This document shows positions 60,152 through 64,000 of a stretch of 64,000 nt of DNA, one piece after another (position 1 is the stretch's first letter; each line of letters opens with the position of its first letter). Under the pieces are notes generated by a model. It had not been told where the DNA came from and made no database searches. It saw only the letters and a list, made by a program, of their open reading frames with translations. This DNA comes from an uncultured Pseudomonadales bacterium. Lineage in GTDB: Bacteria > Patescibacteriota > Microgenomatia > UBA1400 > PJMF01. Both the position numbers and the translations under genes were made by a program. The DNA lies in the NCBI GenBank assembly GCA_964437755.1, contig CAYTIA010000004.1, forward strand, positions 11,687-75,686, given 5' to 3'.

Positions 60152-61039
60152 CTACTCTTCTCCAATAAGTTTTTTAATACGTTTAATATTCTCTAAATCT
60201 GGACCCTTATTATCAAATCCTGGAACCTCAGTGATCAATGGGATTTTTTTAATATCTAGATGATTTAAAAACTCTTTTAAATCTTGAGGAGGTATCTTGC
60301 CCTCTCCAATATTATCGTGTCGATCATTGCCCGCAGCAAACTCAACCTGACTATCATTAACATGAATGCATTTTAGAGTTTCGATAAGATTTAATCTGTT
60401 AATCTCTGTTAACAAATCAGGAGTATTATTATCTTTGCTAAAGCTAGAACTTGCTACCAAAGGATAACCAGCCGAAAAAGCATGGCAAGTATCAACACAC
60501 CATCCTACTCTCTGATCATTGAGAGTATCTATTAGCCAATGTATTTCATCAAGGTTAGAGGCAATTTTTCCTTTTTGGCCTGCTGAGTTTTCTATTAATA
60601 AGGTACTATCTAAAGGAGCCTTTTCCAATATTTCTTTTAGGGTTAAAAGCAGTTGACCTTTAACATTTTCCCAACCTTTTCCCAAATGACTTCCTAAATG
60701 AACCACCACTCCAGAACCCTTAATAAGACTGTCAAACTTTAATTCATGAATTAAAGAATTAATCGATTTTTGTTTAAGTTCATTATCTGGAGAGGCAAGA
60801 TTAATTAGATAAAGAGCATGTGTAAAGATTGATTTAAAGTCTATTTTTTTCTTTTCTGAAAACAATTTATTTAGATCATTTTCCGTTGGAAGATTGCGAC
60901 TCCAGGACCGAGGACTTCCCGAAAATATCTGCATACAGTTACAACCAATATTACTTGCTCGCTGAATTGCTTTATCTAAACCACCCGCCATTGACACATG
61001 AGCTCCAATCATCATTTTTGAATTTTTGCTTGATCCCAT
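60152..61039 (-). CDS. nfo: endonuclease IV
   Basis: GAHVSMAGG, HALYLINLAS, ENSAG, DTCH, HVNDS, DRH. Confidence 0.95.
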   Translation of the reverse strand: MGSSKNSKMMIGAHVSMAGGLDKAIQRASNIGCNCMQIFSGSPRSWSRNLPTENDLNKLFSEKKKIDFKSIFTHALYLINLASPDNELKQKSINSLIHELKFDSLIKGSGVVVHLGSHLGKGWENVKGQLLLTLKEILEKAPLDSTLLIENSAGQKGKIASNLDEIHWLIDTLNDQRVGWCVDTCHAFSAGYPLVASSSFSKDNNTPDLLTEINRLNLIETLKCIHVNDSQVEFAAGNDRHDNIGEGKIPPQDLKEFLNHLDIKKIPLITEVPGFDNKGPDLENIKRIKKLIGEE

Positions 61040-61054
61040 TTGCTTTTATCTCTT

Positions 61055-61912
61055 TTAATTTCTATCAAAGGTATCAATTATTTCTTGGAGATCTTCAGTC
61101 AAATCTGCCTTAATAACCATCTTCTTCTGTGACGCTGGATGAGAAAAACTAATAGCCAAAGAGTGTAAAAATTGTCTAGGACACCAATACTTATCTAAAC
61201 TACTTCTTTTTTCTCCTCCATAAACAAAATCAGAAACAATTGGATGACCCATGTGGGATAGATGGACTCTTATCTGATGTGTCCTGCCTGTTTTTGGCAT
61301 ACATTCAAGTAAAGAAAAACCTTGTTGATATGAAAGTAATCTTTTTTTATTTTTTGCACCAGCCAAATCCTCTCTAACTTCAAACAAAGAGGAAAAATTT
61401 TGTGGATTAAAATACTTAAGAACTCGATAGTGTGTCGAGGCTGACCTGCCCTCGATATCAGCTCTAAATTTATGCCTATTAGTTAATGATCTAGCAATTG
61501 GAACTCTAATTACACTCGAATCAACTCTCATCTTCCCATGAACTAAACAAAGATACTTTTTGGAGGTTTTTCTTTCTTTAAACTGTTTAAGTAAGCTGAT
61601 TAATGTGCCAGGATCCTTTGCTAAAAGCAAGACCCCACTTGTATCTTTATCAAGACGATGAACTATTCCCTGTCTTTGCAGAAAAATCTCAGCTGGTGTT
61701 CCATATTTATCAGAAAAGTCATCGGTAACTAGTCCTTCCCAGTCATGATTATTTTGGGCAATTTTTATAAGTTTTTTCTCACCGCCAAGTCGCTCAACAA
61801 ACCATGACTGTATAGTGATATCAGTAACGGTTTTTGCCTGATTTACTACAACTCTCGCTGGCTTATTAACAGCCAATAAATATTTATCTTCAAAAACAAT
61901 TTGTGGATTCAT
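61055..61912 (-). CDS. RluA/RluD-family pseudouridine synthase
   Basis: VNKP, VHRLDKDTSG, TGRTHQIRVH, FLHS. Confidence 0.94.
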   Translation of the reverse strand: MNPQIVFEDKYLLAVNKPARVVVNQAKTVTDITIQSWFVERLGGEKKLIKIAQNNHDWEGLVTDDFSDKYGTPAEIFLQRQGIVHRLDKDTSGVLLLAKDPGTLISLLKQFKERKTSKKYLCLVHGKMRVDSSVIRVPIARSLTNRHKFRADIEGRSASTHYRVLKYFNPQNFSSLFEVREDLAGAKNKKRLLSYQQGFSLLECMPKTGRTHQIRVHLSHMGHPIVSDFVYGGEKRSSLDKYWCPRQFLHSLAISFSHPASQKKMVIKADLTEDLQEIIDTFDRN

Positions 61913-61956
61913 TGTGACCTCTTTCCTTTATTAAAGCTTTTTGTAAATGTCTTATC

Positions 61957-62769
61957 TTATTTTTTAATCGCAAAAAATTTTTTTTCTGAAAATGAGAAGA
62001 GTTTTCTGTTCGCCCTTGACAAGAAAATATATAACGAAAATATTAATAGAAACAAATTAAAGACTGTGTCTAAAACATAATAATTAAGCATAAAAACTGG
62101 ACTTTGTAGAAAAGATATTAGTAGGGAAAAGATTGAATAAGATAAAGCAAAGCTAGCAAACACAAAACCAGTCTGGGCAGTTTTCTTTCCAGATCGATAC
62201 CATTCAAATGTTCTGTAGTGATATTCTAGCCAATTAAGAATTTTAAAAACAACCACATGGAATATTAAATAATAAAGCTGAATTGGATGTCTTTTTTCAA
62301 ATACTCCAGGAAAAATTACTCCCCAAGGCAATGAGGTTGCATTACCAAACCTGATTCCAGTTAGAAAAAAACCCAGATTAACCCAAATCAAACCCATTGT
62401 CACAGCCTGAGCCCACCAATCAAGAATTTCATATGCATCCCATTTTTGTTTTTTCGCATAAAGGTAAAGATACAGAGTTGATCCCGATAGACCAAATAGC
62501 AGTTGTGATCCTGGAAACTGGATAAGATTGAACCACTTCAATACATCCCACCCAAACCTTGACCAAGAAAAAATTACATAACCAGCCCGAGCTATAACTA
62601 AACCAAATAAAACAGATAATAGAAAACCGTCAAAAACTTTTGTTTCTTGATAATTTTCTTCTTTAGATCTCTTCCAAAAGATCATTGCTGTGACCAAAAA
62701 AGCAAACAGTTCAAAAAAACTTAGAGTACGAATTTGAAAAGATCCAATAGAAAATACTGTTTCAAACAT
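61957..62769 (-). CDS. Lgt-like membrane protein with degenerate catalytic motifs
   Basis: ARAGYV, TSLPWGV..RHPIQLY, multiple TMs. Confidence 0.78.
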   Translation of the reverse strand: MFETVFSIGSFQIRTLSFFELFAFLVTAMIFWKRSKEENYQETKVFDGFLLSVLFGLVIARAGYVIFSWSRFGWDVLKWFNLIQFPGSQLLFGLSGSTLYLYLYAKKQKWDAYEILDWWAQAVTMGLIWVNLGFFLTGIRFGNATSLPWGVIFPGVFEKRHPIQLYYLIFHVVVFKILNWLEYHYRTFEWYRSGKKTAQTGFVFASFALSYSIFSLLISFLQSPVFMLNYYVLDTVFNLFLLIFSLYIFLSRANRKLFSFSEKKFFAIKK

Positions 62770-62798
62770 ATTTATTCAAAGGCTTTATAAAACTCTTG

Positions 62799-62882
62799 TG
62801 CCGCGGGTGAGAATCGAACTCACACAAGGAAACCCTCATGGGTTTTTGAGACCCACGCGTCTACCAATTCCGCCACCGCGGC
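62799..62882 (-). tRNA. tRNA-Leu(CAA)
   Basis: Acceptor GCCGCGG/CCGCGGC, anticodon arm TGGGT-CTCAAAA-ACCCA, long variable arm; no CCA. Confidence 0.95.
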
Positions 62883-62928
62883 AACATCAAATCATATTTT
62901 AGCAGTATCTCTTGCCTTTTTCCATAAA

Positions 62929-63195
62929 ATGAATCATAGTAAAGATATAAAAAATCTATATATGAACTACTTGCAAGATATTACTGTTAGTTTGTTTAGC
63001 GTAACTAGTATCTGGTCGGTGATATTTAGAGCATTTTTATGGATTGGAATTGCCGTTATCATTTTGGTTGCCACAGATCATCCTCGCCCAGAACAAAGCT
63101 CCAAAAATGTAAAAAACTATTTGGGTTTTTTTCTGCTTTTTATTGCATTCTCAACTAGTATGATTTTCTTGTTGTTTGGATTTAGCTCTGTATAA
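62929..63195 (+). CDS. small two-TM hypothetical protein
   Basis: Two hydrophobic segments; ATG 62962 is an alternative start. Confidence 0.6.
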   Translation: MNHSKDIKNLYMNYLQDITVSLFSVTSIWSVIFRAFLWIGIAVIILVATDHPRPEQSSKNVKNYLGFFLLFIAFSTSMIFLLFGFSSV

Positions 63196-63216
63196 ATCTA
63201 TAAGTATCATCAATTT

Positions 63217-64000
63217 TTACCCTACTTTACTCTCCATTCCAAAAAACTTAATTCTGTCTCCTCTAAAGAATAGGTCAACCTCTCCAAGTGGACCATTTCT
63301 ATGCTTAGCAACTCTCAGTGATACTTGTTCTCGAATATCTTCATCTTTTCGATACAAAAACATGACTACATCTGCATCTTGCTCAATAGCCCCTGACTCT
63401 CTTAAGTCAGATAGTTGCGGACGTTTCTCTCCCCTGCTCTCTACTGCACGGGATAATTGAGAAAGCGACAAAATCGGAATTCTCAACTCTCTAGCGATAT
63501 TCTTTAGCCCTTGGGATATTTCCGAAACTTCTTGAACACGATTATCCACTGTTTTGCCATGAGCTAACTGCAAATAGTCAACCACAATTAAATCTATGTC
63601 ATGCTCTGACATTAATCTTCTGGCTTTAGTCCTCATCTCATAAATACTTAAACCTGGAGTATCGTCAATATACAATGAAGCATCTGCTAAAACTCCCATA
63701 GCATCAGATATCTTAAGAAAGTCTTGTTGATTTAAGCGACCTGTTTTTAGCTTCCAGGCATCTATATCTGCTTGAGCAACCAATAATCTATCAACCAACT
63801 CTTCTTTACTCATTTCCAACGAAAAAAAACCAACCTTCTTCTTGTACTTAACCGTAATATTTTGTGTGATATTAAGAGCAAAAGCAGTTTTACCCATTCC
63901 TGGTCTTGCAGCTAAAATAATCAAGTTGGATTTTTGCATTCCAGCCAATAAGTTGTCTAGATCTTGAAAACCAGAAGGTACTCCTCTTAAATCACCTTGA
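63217..64000 (-). CDS. dnaB: replicative DNA helicase, C-terminal part (runs off window edge)
   Basis: Frame open to the edge (QGDLRGVPSGFQDLD); AARPGMGKT, DYLQL, QLSR, SDLRESGAIEQDAD, KHRNG. Confidence 0.97.
   Translation of the reverse strand, partial: QGDLRGVPSGFQDLDNLLAGMQKSNLIILAARPGMGKTAFALNITQNITVKYKKKVGFFSLEMSKEELVDRLLVAQADIDAWKLKTGRLNQQDFLKISDAMGVLADASLYIDDTPGLSIYEMRTKARRLMSEHDIDLIVVDYLQLAHGKTVDNRVQEVSEISQGLKNIARELRIPILSLSQLSRAVESRGEKRPQLSDLRESGAIEQDADVVMFLYRKDEDIREQVSLRVAKHRNGPLGEVDLFFRGDRIKFFGMESKVG

Overview
AT-rich bacterial chromosomal window, standard genetic code. Gene content points to a Patescibacteria/CPR genome, probably Microgenomates (inference): short EF-Ts, trigger factor without the FKBP domain, short PheT and YebC, rpmF-nusB-rnc-rpsP-khpA cluster, monoderm-type type IV pilus genes with no pilP/pilQ in the window. 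It holds housekeeping genes (tpiA, pcrA, pyrH, gap, infC-rpmI-rplT-pheST, tyrS, recG, gyrB-ppaC-gyrA, rpsB-tsf, nfo, dnaB), three tRNAs without encoded CCA, and a large split type IV pilus locus with seven G|FxxxE pilins, a PilX-like protein and a 1450-aa Cys-rich surface protein. No CRISPR array, IS element or prophage was seen. The strongest signals missing from the ORF track are: (1) a Phe-rich leader peptide (MIFQYQFTSFFFFNNKNWR) with mutually exclusive antiterminator and terminator hairpins upstream of pheS, i.e. a candidate ribosome-mediated attenuator; (2) a near-symmetric 11-6-11 dif-like site in a 1.5-kb gene-free region upstream of the only Xer gene in the window, with a perfect DnaA box and direct repeats about 400 bp away; (3) two minor pilins that both end in a Pro/Thr linker plus the same six-cysteine mini-domain; (4) signal-peptide-like motifs located inside surface proteins. 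All calls come from reading the sequence by eye; no searches were run.
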